DNA from: Bacteroidales bacterium
GTDB lineage: Bacteria > Bacteroidota > Bacteroidia > Bacteroidales > WCHB1-69
Reading direction: 5' to 3'
Assembly: GCA_017616775.1 (NCBI GenBank)
Contig: JAFZXM010000015.1
Coordinates: 26,495 to 90,494, forward strand
Length of the DNA: 64,000 nucleotides
In this document: one piece after another, positions 20,122 through 28,711 of the stretch
Numbering within the stretch: the stretch's first letter is position 1
Layout of the letters: every line of letters starts with the position of its first letter
Notes under the pieces: model-generated
The model's database searches: none
What the model was told of the DNA's origin: nothing
Seen by the model: only the letters and a program-made list of their open reading frames with translations
Program-made: the position numbers and the translations under genes

Positions 20122-20691
20122 ATGAAATCAGTATCAATGAGCGGTTCTCTCAGAGAGAACGTAGGGAAAAAAGATGCCAAAGCACAAAGAGCATCGGGTA
20201 TGATTCCATGCGTAATGTATGGGAAAGATGAACAAGTTCATTTTTTGGTGAACGAATTGGCTTGCCATAATTTTTTCTATTCCCCCGAAGTACGTTACGC
20301 CGTAATTAACATTAATGGTGTAGAGCACAAAGCTATAGTTCAAGAAGCTCAATATCACCCTGTTACAGACAAATTATTACATGTTGATTTTTTAGAAGTA
20401 GCAGACGACAGAGCCATTAACATAGCTATTCCTTTAATGGTAAAAGGTAATTCCCCCGGTGTAATGCGTGGAGGTAAATTATCAAAAAAAGTTCGTAAAA
20501 TAAAAGTACACGGTTTGTTAGCCCATATTCCGGAAAATATCACTTTGGATATTAGCAATCTGGATATTTTGGATTGCATTCGTGTAGAAGATGTAAAATT
20601 GGACAATATATCCATAGTGGACCAACCTTCAAAAGTTTTGGTCAGCGTATTGCCGACCCGTAACATTGAAGATGCTCCGGCTGCAGAATAA
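20122..20691 (+). CDS. rplY: 50S ribosomal protein L25 / general stress protein Ctc
   Basis: The 189-aa product contains R...GK..AK..R..G.IP.V.YG and the Ctc-type two-domain layout. Confidence 0.85.
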   Translation: MKSVSMSGSLRENVGKKDAKAQRASGMIPCVMYGKDEQVHFLVNELACHNFFYSPEVRYAVININGVEHKAIVQEAQYHPVTDKLLHVDFLEVADDRAINIAIPLMVKGNSPGVMRGGKLSKKVRKIKVHGLLAHIPENITLDISNLDILDCIRVEDVKLDNISIVDQPSKVLVSVLPTRNIEDAPAAE

Positions 20692-20738
20692 TACGATTCT
20701 TTTTATAATCTATTTTTCATAATAAATTTATTTTTTTT

Positions 20739-20765
20739 ATCCTCCTGTCATGGGAGGATTTTTTT
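20739..20765 (+). terminator. Rho-independent terminator after rplY
   Basis: The sequence is ATCCTCC-tgtcatg-GGAGGAT followed by TTTTTT. Confidence 0.8.
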
Positions 20766-20933
20766 ATGTATTCCAAAACAAAAATCACATTCATTCCTCT
20801 GTTGCGAAATGGGCACAAGAAAAGGGCAAGCCGTCGGATACCGGCTCAAAAGTGCGGATATTCGGCAGATACCCCCCTCTGCCGGACCGACAATAGATAA
20901 CCTGAAAATACGCTGACAATACAGTACGGGGTA

Positions 20934-22202
20934 CTATATCATATCAAAACCCGTATATTTTTGTAAAGCTTCGGGTATTTTAACGTGACCGTCCGCGGTT
21001 TGATGGTCTTCCATCAGAGCGGCCATTATTCTGGGCAAAGCCAACGCAGACCCGTTGAGGGTGTGAGCTAATTGCGATTTTCCGTTTTCGGCTTTAAAAC
21101 GCAATTTCATTCTATTGGCTTGAAAGGATTCAAAATTGGATACGGAACTTACTTCCAACCATTTTTGTTGACCTTGCGACCACACCTCAAAATCAAAGGT
21201 GAGGGCTGAAGTAAAACTGATATCTCCTCCGCACAATCTGACTATACGATACGGCAATTCCAATTTTTCCAACAAAGAGCTCACATGTGCCTTCATTTCT
21301 TCCAACACCTGATACGATACTTCCGGATGCACTATTTGAACTATCTCCACTTTATCAAATTGATGCAAGCGATTCAATCCGCGCACATCTTTGCCATACG
21401 AACCCGCTTCCCTGCGGAAACATGCGGAATAGGCACAATGTCGGATAGGAAAATCCGATTCTTTCAAAAGCACATTGCGATAGATATTGGTTACAGGCAC
21501 CTCTGCCGTAGGGATAAGATACAAGTTATCCATATTGACAAAATACATTTGCCCTTCTTTATCTGGCAACTGACCGGTGGCATATGCCGAAGATTCATTC
21601 ACCACATAAGGCACTTGCACCTCTTCATACCCTGCCGCTACGGCTTGGTCTATAAAAAAGTTGATAAGCGCTCTTTGCAACCGGGCACCTTTATTCCGAT
21701 AGACAGGGAATCCGGCTCCGGTAATTTTTACACCGGTTTCGAAATCCAAGATATTCAATTTTTTACATATTTCCCAATGCGGAAGCAATTGCTCCTGTGA
21801 TACTGCTTTTCCGTGAGTATACACTATTTCGTTGTCTTCTGCAGACTTGCCAGCAGGCACCGAACTATGCGGCATATTGGGTAAAAGCACCAAAATATCA
21901 TTCAAACGGGTTTCGGCATCGGCCAAAGCCTGTTCCATATCTTTAGCAACATCTTTTAAAGACGTATTCTCCTCTTTTAATGCTTGCGCCTCCGCTGTTT
22001 TACCCTCTTTAAACAATAATCCTATTTGTTTGGCTATTACATTTTGTCGGGCTAAATTATCATCCAACTGCTTTTGTAAGGCACGTTTTTGATTGTCCAA
22101 CTCCAAAATTTGTTGTACATACCCGGTGGCGTCAAAATTTTTCACTTTTAACCTTTCTATTACCACCTGCGGATATTCCCGTAAAAAATTTAATGTTATC
22201 AT
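20934..22202 (-). CDS. serS: Serine--tRNA ligase
   Basis: The 422-aa product has an N-terminal coiled-coil arm and class II motifs (FRREAGSYGKDVRGL, GSALA). Confidence 0.95.
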   Translation of the reverse strand: MITLNFLREYPQVVIERLKVKNFDATGYVQQILELDNQKRALQKQLDDNLARQNVIAKQIGLLFKEGKTAEAQALKEENTSLKDVAKDMEQALADAETRLNDILVLLPNMPHSSVPAGKSAEDNEIVYTHGKAVSQEQLLPHWEICKKLNILDFETGVKITGAGFPVYRNKGARLQRALINFFIDQAVAAGYEEVQVPYVVNESSAYATGQLPDKEGQMYFVNMDNLYLIPTAEVPVTNIYRNVLLKESDFPIRHCAYSACFRREAGSYGKDVRGLNRLHQFDKVEIVQIVHPEVSYQVLEEMKAHVSSLLEKLELPYRIVRLCGGDISFTSALTFDFEVWSQGQQKWLEVSSVSNFESFQANRMKLRFKAENGKSQLAHTLNGSALALPRIMAALMEDHQTADGHVKIPEALQKYTGFDMI

Positions 22203-22219
22203 CTATGTAAAAATTTGAG

Positions 22220-22227
22220 CAAAATTA
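22220..22227 (-). promoter_or_regulatory. -7 promoter box (TAATTTTG on the minus strand) for serS
   Basis: Matches TAnnTTTG, 18 nt upstream of the serS ATG. Confidence 0.4.
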
Positions 22228-22283
22228 CGTATTTTTGCCGAAAAAACACAAATAAACAGGATAAAATTTAAATTGTTAAAATT

Positions 22284-22904
22284 GTGATTATTACATTTTC
22301 TATTTTAATTTTCTTATTCATTGTTATCATAAAAAAAAGTTGGATTTGGCATATTTTTCACCGTGAAAAAGTAATATACCTCACTTTTGACGATGGTCCG
22401 CAAGAGGAATTGACACAAAAAATATTACAAATTCTTCAACAAGAAGACATCAAAGCCACCTTTTTTTGTGTGGGAGATGCTGCCCGCAGATATCCGCATA
22501 TAATGGAACAAATACGCGAACAAGGGCACAGCATAGGCAATCACACCATGCATCACCTAAACGGTTGGCGCACTCCGCACAAAGAATATATACAAGACAT
22601 TCAAGAGGCTCAAAATTATCTGCATGCCCGTTATTTTCGTCCGCCTTACGGAAAAATAACACTACGGCAATGGCGGGCTTTACGAAAAGATTATCATATT
22701 ATATTTTGGACGGACATCAGCTATGACTGGTCTCCTAAAATGAACCCGAAGCGCTGCTTCAAAAAGGTAAGATCCGCAGCCAGACACGGTGGCATAGTTG
22801 TATTCCATGACAATCCAAAAGCTGCAGGCAATATGTTGGAAGCTTTGCCTCTATTTATTCATTCGGCAAAAGAAAACGGAATGACTTTTAAAACCTTTGA
22901 TTAA
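22284..22904 (+). CDS. Polysaccharide deacetylase (NodB-homology) family protein with an N-terminal TM anchor
   Basis: Contains YLTFDDGP and HSIGNHTMHH motifs. It appears to start at a GTG; there is no in-frame ATG nearby. Confidence 0.75.
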   Translation: MIITFSILIFLFIVIIKKSWIWHIFHREKVIYLTFDDGPQEELTQKILQILQQEDIKATFFCVGDAARRYPHIMEQIREQGHSIGNHTMHHLNGWRTPHKEYIQDIQEAQNYLHARYFRPPYGKITLRQWRALRKDYHIIFWTDISYDWSPKMNPKRCFKKVRSAARHGGIVVFHDNPKAAGNMLEALPLFIHSAKENGMTFKTFD

Positions 22905-23030
22905 GCTTTCGGGCTTCAATTTGTCACCGATAGATATCTCTTTTTACGTTTTTTACCGTATATTCCCTGCTTGTATGTATTTGTGCCGGCAAAAAATGTT
23001 GTTTTATGTTCAAAACCTTTGTCTGCAAAT

Positions 23031-23675
23031 CTATAATACAAGCCTGAAGCCTATTTCATCAGCACATTCGGGATATATATAAGCACGACGGGAAACACGG
23101 CATGCATTTTCGCCAAAACACCAACAGCCGCCTCTGCATACTTTGTAGATGCCGCTTGACGGTCCTTTAGGATTCTCTGCCCTGCTTTGAGAATAATATT
23201 TAGCATCATACCAATCGCTACACAATTCAAATACATTTCCAGACATGTCGTAAAGACCGAGTTCGTTGGCATCTTTACTCATCACAGGATGCGATTTAAA
23301 ATCACTGTTTCGGGTGAACCATGCTACGTTGGCAATATCATTATTACCTGCGTATTTATAACTCCGGCTTTTGTTGCCTCCTCTGGCGGCATACTCCCAT
23401 TCCGCTTCCGTAGGCAAACGGAATTTCAAGCCGGTAATGGCATTCAGACGTTGGATAAAAACATCTATATTACAGCAAAAAATATCTGTTATTTGCCGTA
23501 AACAACGCATACATTCCCTTATTTGTGTAAGCATACAGTCTGGCGCAACTTGACAGTCATCCTTTTAACAGGTGATATGATTGAATATGTCCGGGCTGTT
23601 CGTGATAAAGTTGCATTTATTTGTTGAAATCAGGTTCCCACAAAAAAAGACAGAAAAAATATACGCTTTACCCAC
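23031..23675 (-). pseudogene. Decayed gene for a formylglycine-generating-enzyme (SUMF1/EgtB/PvdO) domain protein
   Basis: The 167-aa ORF (23031-23534) carries only the C-terminal half of the FGE domain (RLPTEAEWEYAARGG...GLYDMSGNV.E.C.DWY...RGG.W). In the same frame, a signal-peptide-like segment (GKAYIFSVFFCGNL...) lies upstream of a TAA stop at 23565-23567. Confidence 0.55.
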
Positions 23676-23717
23676 AACTATTTTAAAGAAATTCGCCGAT
23701 ATGTTTTGAATATTTTG

Positions 23718-23725
23718 TATCTTTG
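23718..23725 (+). promoter_or_regulatory. -7 promoter box (TATCTTTG)
   Basis: Matches TAnnTTTG, 28 nt upstream of the ATG at 23753. Confidence 0.5.
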
Positions 23726-23752
23726 CATTTTTAACTGAATTACATATATATT

Positions 23753-26026
23753 ATGGCAGAAAAGAAAACAGGATACGATTGGAAATTTGTTAATATCGGC
23801 GGTACTACCCGTGTAAGTATAGAAAGCGGAAAAGATTTGCAACACTTGCACGAATTAGACCAAAAATTATGGACAGTGCTCAGTTGTCCGGTAAAAGGTT
23901 TGGAATTGGACGAAGCCACTCTTTCCATGATGGATTCCGATCATGACGGAAAAATTCGTGTACAAGAGGTATTGGACGCGGTACAATGGTTGTTAAAAAT
24001 AGTCAAGAACCCCAACGTGCTGCTGCGTCAGGAGGATTTTGTCCCATTGGACTATATTAACTGCGATACGGAGGAAGGCTTGAAAATACACAATTCCGCC
24101 CAACAGATATTGAGCAATTTGGAGTTGAACACGCCTCACATCTCTATTGCCGATACCGCTGACAGTATGGCTATATTTGCCCAAACCAAATTTAACGGAG
24201 ACGGTATTATAGTAGAAAATTCCACCGATGACGAGCAGTTAAAGAAAGTCATCACCGATTGCATTGCCACTTTAGGTGCCAAATTGGACCGCAGCGGTGC
24301 AGACGGCATAGATACAGAGCAAATAGAAGATTTTTATGCTCTTTGTGCCGATTATAAAGCATGGCGTGATGCAGGAACAGCCGATGGGGAGCACGTATAT
24401 CCCTATGGCGACAATACCGAAGATGCTTTAAATGCATATATGGCTCTCAAAGATAAGGTGAACGACTTTTTTATGCGTTGCAAACTGATAGCATTCAATG
24501 CGGATACATCTTCCGTATTGGACGTACAGGTATCAAAAGTGGAAGAAATCAGCGATAAGAATTTGGCCGATTGTAATGATGAAATAGCCGCATATCCTTT
24601 GGCAAGGGCAAACAATCGTTGTGAACTGCCTATAAACGAAGGCATCAATCCGGCATGGAAAGCGGCTTTTGCCAATCTCAAACGATTGATATTGGATACG
24701 GACTATGCAGAACATCAATTCATCACCGAAGAAGAATGGTTGGCCTTGGAAAGCAAATTCAAACCCTATCTTGCATGGAAAGCGGACAAAAAAGGTGAAC
24801 AAGTGGAATCTTTGGGTTTGGACAGAATAAACGAAATTTTATCCGCCAATAAAAAAGACGATTTATTGGCATTGATAGCACAAGACAAAGAGTTGGAAAC
24901 CGAAGCCAACGAAATAGCCTCTGTGGATAAATTTTTACACTATTACAGAGATATTTACAAACTCATCAAAAACTTTGTAACCTTCGCTGATTTTTACGAC
25001 AAAAACAGAACTTTAAAAGCAGTATTCCAAGCAGGTACATTATATATAGACCAGCGCAGTTGTGATTTATGCCTGAAGGTCAACGACATGTCCAAGCATA
25101 ATACCATGGTAGCCGACAGCGGTATGTTTTTGATATATTGCGATTGTATATCCAAACAAAAGAATATGACCATGACCATCGTTGCCGCCATGACCCAAGG
25201 TGAGGTAGATGAGCTGGTGGTAGGCAAAAATGCCATTTTCTACGATAGAAGCGGTTTGGATTGGGATGCGGTAGTGACCAAAATAGTGGATAATCCCATC
25301 AGTATCAAGCAGGCATTCTGGTCGCCGTATCGCAAATGCAGCCGGTTTATCACAGAACAAATTAACAAATTTGCCGCCGATAAGGATACAAAAATGACGG
25401 GAGACTTAACCAACACTATTTCGGATACAGGCTCAACACTTACCGACGCCAATGCCCAACAACCCAAAGAAACGGCAGGAAAACAAGCTTTTGACATGAG
25501 TAAATTCTTAGGTCTGTTTGCTGTAATAGGCATGGCTTTGGGCACTATATGCGGCTTTTTATTACAATTGGTACAAGGCTTTGCAAAACTCCAATGGTAC
25601 AAAATGGTGTTGGTACTGGTGGCTATTATATTGGTAATATCAGGTCCTTCCATGATTATAGCATGGCTGAAATTACGCAAACGCAACCTCTCCCCTATTT
25701 TGAATGCAAACGGGTGGGCTATCAATGCCAAAGCATTGGTCAACATACCATTTGGCGCTACTTTGACCCAAATGGCAAAATATCCCAAAGTAACCGTATC
25801 CGATCCCTTTGCAGACAAAGGTCTGGCATGGTGGAAAAAAGCTTTGATATGGATAGCATTGTTAGGAGGAATATTTGCTGCATTGTATTTCACCGACACT
25901 TTAGCAAAAGTAGGGTTGCCTTTCCATAAAGAACAAGCTACAGAAGCTGTGGTAGAAGAAGCTGTGGTAGAAGAGGAAGTAGCTCCCGTAGAGGAAGAAG
26001 TAATAGAAGAAGTAGCTGCAGAATAA
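23753..26026 (+). CDS. Hypothetical 757-aa protein: one canonical EF-hand loop, a large soluble region, three C-terminal TM helices and an acidic repeat tail
   Basis: DSDHDGKIRVQE at nt 23933-23968 fits the 12-residue EF-hand loop. The hydrophobic segments are FLGLFAVIGMALGTICGFLLQLV, MVLVLVAIILVISGPSMIIAWL and ALIWIALLGGIFAALYF. The tail reads EAVVEEAVVEEEVAPVEEEVIEEVAAE. Confidence 0.65.
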   Translation: MAEKKTGYDWKFVNIGGTTRVSIESGKDLQHLHELDQKLWTVLSCPVKGLELDEATLSMMDSDHDGKIRVQEVLDAVQWLLKIVKNPNVLLRQEDFVPLDYINCDTEEGLKIHNSAQQILSNLELNTPHISIADTADSMAIFAQTKFNGDGIIVENSTDDEQLKKVITDCIATLGAKLDRSGADGIDTEQIEDFYALCADYKAWRDAGTADGEHVYPYGDNTEDALNAYMALKDKVNDFFMRCKLIAFNADTSSVLDVQVSKVEEISDKNLADCNDEIAAYPLARANNRCELPINEGINPAWKAAFANLKRLILDTDYAEHQFITEEEWLALESKFKPYLAWKADKKGEQVESLGLDRINEILSANKKDDLLALIAQDKELETEANEIASVDKFLHYYRDIYKLIKNFVTFADFYDKNRTLKAVFQAGTLYIDQRSCDLCLKVNDMSKHNTMVADSGMFLIYCDCISKQKNMTMTIVAAMTQGEVDELVVGKNAIFYDRSGLDWDAVVTKIVDNPISIKQAFWSPYRKCSRFITEQINKFAADKDTKMTGDLTNTISDTGSTLTDANAQQPKETAGKQAFDMSKFLGLFAVIGMALGTICGFLLQLVQGFAKLQWYKMVLVLVAIILVISGPSMIIAWLKLRKRNLSPILNANGWAINAKALVNIPFGATLTQMAKYPKVTVSDPFADKGLAWWKKALIWIALLGGIFAALYFTDTLAKVGLPFHKEQATEAVVEEAVVEEEVAPVEEEVIEEVAAE
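25943..25972 (+). repeat. Perfect 15-nt x2 tandem repeat (GAAGCTGTGGTAGAA) encoding EAVVE-EAVVE
   Basis: Read directly from the sequence, inside the 3' end of the 23753-26026 CDS. Confidence 0.9.
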
Positions 26027-26060
26027 AGATAACTGCTGTTTTATCATTAAAACAAACTAA

Positions 26061-26090
26061 AAGGATAACTTAAAAGAGTTATCCTTTTTT
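26061..26090 (+). terminator. Rho-independent terminator
   Basis: The sequence is AAGGATAACT-taaaag-AGTTATCCTT followed by TTTT. Confidence 0.75.
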
Positions 26091-26266
26091 GATTGCAGGG
26101 GCTTGTAATATCTTTGTTCTTTTACAATAGTAATGTTTATGAATATTGTACAGATTAAAAGAATAATACAAATTTAGGATAGTTTGATTATTATCCGGCT
26201 CCGATAGTTTTTGTTGAATATAGGTGCATTTATTTGTTGAATTTAATTTAGTATAATAAAAAGTTC

Positions 26267-26274
26267 TACCTTTG
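26267..26274 (+). promoter_or_regulatory. -7 promoter box (TACCTTTG)
   Basis: Matches TAnnTTTG, 19 nt upstream of the ATG at 26293. It overlaps the TTG start of the longer ORF call, which argues for the ATG. Confidence 0.5.
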
Positions 26275-26292
26275 CAAAAAAAATTGTATAAC

Positions 26293-27021
26293 ATGAAAGC
26301 CCTCATATTAGCAGCAGGTAAAGGTACCCGATTGAAAGAACTCACCGCCGACAAACCAAAAGCGCTGGTAAAGGTAAACGGTGTTACGCTTTTAGAGCGA
26401 TGTATCAACAAGCTCAAAGAAGCACAAGCAGATGATATTATCATCAATATCCATCATTTTGGAGAACAAATTATGGAATATGTAGAAAAAAACGGAAATT
26501 TCGGCATTTCCATCACCTATTCCGATGAAAGAGATATGCTTTTGGATACAGGCGGAGCGCTCAAAAAAGCCGCATGGTTTTTCAACAATGAGCAAGCCTT
26601 TTTTATACACAATGTGGATATTATCAGCGATATCAATTTACAAGAAATGTATCAATTTCATTGTAGCCACGGCAATATGGCCACTTTAGCGGTGCGCAGC
26701 AGAAACACATCCCGTTATTTGCTCTTCAATGCCCAAAACCGACTTTGCGGACGTTCCAACGCCCAGACCAACACAACGCAGCTGATTAGCAATCAGTTAA
26801 ATACAAACGATTTGCTTCCGATGGCTTTCAGTGGTATACATGTAATATCACCGCAAATATTTCAATATTGCCCGCCTGAGGATAAGTTTTCCATTACCGA
26901 TTGGTATTTGCAATTGGCATCCCAACACAAAATTATGGCATATGAGCACAATCAGGGGCTTTGGATGGACATGGGGAAAGCTGAAGACATTCACCAATTG
27001 GAACAACTATTGATACAATAA
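26293..27021 (+). CDS. Sugar-phosphate nucleotidyltransferase family protein (MurU / mannose-1-P guanylyltransferase-like)
   Basis: MKALILAAGKGTRLKELT..KPKALV is the NTP-transferase G-loop. The product is about 240 aa. Confidence 0.75.
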   Translation: MKALILAAGKGTRLKELTADKPKALVKVNGVTLLERCINKLKEAQADDIIINIHHFGEQIMEYVEKNGNFGISITYSDERDMLLDTGGALKKAAWFFNNEQAFFIHNVDIISDINLQEMYQFHCSHGNMATLAVRSRNTSRYLLFNAQNRLCGRSNAQTNTTQLISNQLNTNDLLPMAFSGIHVISPQIFQYCPPEDKFSITDWYLQLASQHKIMAYEHNQGLWMDMGKAEDIHQLEQLLIQ

Positions 27022-27023
27022 AT

Positions 27024-28322
27024 TTAAGCCTCTTCGTTATTGTTGGGTTGGGAAGGCAGTTGTTTCACCAATATTTTGTCTATTCTGGCTCCGTCCATTT
27101 TGGATATGGTAAATTGAAAGTTACGCCATTCCACAATTTCTCCTTCCATGGGCAAACGCTCAATAATATCCAATATTAATCCGCCCAAGGTATTGTAATC
27201 ATAATCTTGGAATTCGTCTTCCATATCAAAATAGGTGAGAAAATCATAAAAGGAATATTGTCCGTCCGCTATCCAGGTATCGTCACTATGTTGTATGATT
27301 GTTTCTTCATCATCGTCAGGCTCGGTCATTCGTCCTAACAATGCCTCCATCATATCGGCTGACGTTATCATACCTTGTATGCATCCGAATTCATCCGTAA
27401 TCAGGGCATAATATATTTGTGTACGCTTGAATTGTTCCAGGGCCTTATACGAACTTGTATTTTCGGGCATATATACAGGAGGTTCTATTTTGGAACGCAA
27501 ATCCCATTTGTCTTCAAACAGACAATCCAAAAGGTCGCTGAGTGAAATCACTCCCAACAATTCGTCGATATTTCCGTCTATAACAGGATAATAAGCATGC
27601 AGTTTTTCGTTGATCATTGCTTTTACATCTTCTTTTTCCGCATGAATATCTATACAAGACAAATCTCCTCTGTGTGTCATTACGGAATCCACATCTCTAT
27701 CGCCCAAATCAAACACGCGTTCCACTATATCTTGTTCCACGTCTTGTACTTCGCCTTCTCTGGTTCCCATTTCCACTGCAGCCAATATTTCTTCCTCCGT
27801 TATTTTGGCATCGGGTGAGGGTTTGATTTTAAACAATTTGGCTACAAAATCAATACTTTTTACCAATATCCACACAAAAGGAGCAAACAATACGGAAAAG
27901 AATTTTAAAAAGCCTGCCACAGACCTCAAAAATCCTTCAGGAAAAGTCATCGCAATTTTTTTGGGAATCAATTCTCCCAATACTATCGTAAAATAGGTTA
28001 CCGCCACTACCACCACCGTTTTGGCTATTACACCTGCATACACACTCACGGGAGCGTATTGCGCTATATAATTTTTCAACGATGCGGCTATGGTATCTCC
28101 GCTATATACACCTGTAAGTATGCCTATCAATGTAATTCCGACCTGTATGGTGGATAAATATTTATCGGGAGATTCCAATAATGTCAACGCCAACTTGGCG
28201 CCGCGTTTGTTTTCTTTGACCATAGTCTGCATTCTTATCTGTTTTGATGACAAAAGTGCCACTTCGGACAAAGCCAGAAATCCGTTGAACAGAATAAGCA
28301 GTATGATTATCAATATTTCCAT
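27024..28322 (-). CDS. Hemolysin-family / CNNM (DUF21)-CBS-CorC_HlyC membrane protein
   Basis: Has an N-terminal multi-TM DUF21-like region, a CBS pair region, and a C-terminal CorC/HlyC transporter-associated domain (...GEIVEWRNFQFTISKMDGARIDKILV). Confidence 0.85.
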   Translation of the reverse strand: MEILIIILLILFNGFLALSEVALLSSKQIRMQTMVKENKRGAKLALTLLESPDKYLSTIQVGITLIGILTGVYSGDTIAASLKNYIAQYAPVSVYAGVIAKTVVVVAVTYFTIVLGELIPKKIAMTFPEGFLRSVAGFLKFFSVLFAPFVWILVKSIDFVAKLFKIKPSPDAKITEEEILAAVEMGTREGEVQDVEQDIVERVFDLGDRDVDSVMTHRGDLSCIDIHAEKEDVKAMINEKLHAYYPVIDGNIDELLGVISLSDLLDCLFEDKWDLRSKIEPPVYMPENTSSYKALEQFKRTQIYYALITDEFGCIQGMITSADMMEALLGRMTEPDDDEETIIQHSDDTWIADGQYSFYDFLTYFDMEDEFQDYDYNTLGGLILDIIERLPMEGEIVEWRNFQFTISKMDGARIDKILVKQLPSQPNNNEEA

Positions 28323-28343
28323 TATATGCTTTTGTTTGTATTA

Positions 28344-28379
28344 TAAAAAAAGAGCACCTGTCACCGGGACAGGTACTCT
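28344..28379 (-). terminator. Rho-independent terminator closing the rpoBC-DUF3467 transcription unit
   Basis: On the minus strand the sequence is AGAGTACCTGTC-ccggt-GACAGGTGCTCT followed by TTTTTTT. Confidence 0.7.
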
Positions 28380-28385
28380 TAAATT

Positions 28386-28706
28386 TCAAGCATCCCCTTT
28401 TGATTTACCTATATTAATAGGAATACCTCTTGTAGGGTCTCCGTAATCGGGAATATGACCATGCGTTGATTCAAAGCGTTTGATATTCTCTTCCAAGGCA
28501 GCCAACAAGCGTTTTGCGTGCTGCGGAGTGAGTATGATGCGAGATTTAACATTCCCTTTGGGCAAACCCGGCATTAAGGATACAAAATCCACAATAAATT
28601 CCGAATGCGAATGAGTGATAATGGCCAAATTGGAATAGATTCCTTCTGCCACTTCGTCACTCAAGGCAATATCCATTTTTGCCCCGTTTTGATTATCGTC
28701 TGTCAT
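28386..28706 (-). CDS. DUF3467-like small protein
   Basis: The 106-aa product (..GIYSNLAIITHSHSEFIVDF....P.....V.SRIILTPQHAKRLL.AL..NI..+E) sits immediately downstream of rpoC, as is commonly seen in Bacteroidota. This is recalled from memory. Confidence 0.7.
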   Translation of the reverse strand: MTDDNQNGAKMDIALSDEVAEGIYSNLAIITHSHSEFIVDFVSLMPGLPKGNVKSRIILTPQHAKRLLAALEENIKRFESTHGHIPDYGDPTRGIPINIGKSKGDA

Positions 28707-28711
28707 AATTT

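Noticed and set aside
25240-25899. 219-aa minus-strand ORF antisense to the C-terminal TM region of the EF-hand protein gene
   Set aside because: Its hydrophobicity mirrors the TM-encoding sense strand. It has no independent promoter or start context, and the sense ORF runs continuously for 757 codons with its own promoter and terminator.
25943-26023. A repetitive GAAG-rich tract that could be mistaken for a short repeat array
   Set aside because: There are only two perfect 15-nt units plus degenerate Glu/Val codons, it lies inside a CDS and there are no spacers. It is a coding low-complexity tail, not a CRISPR or satellite locus.
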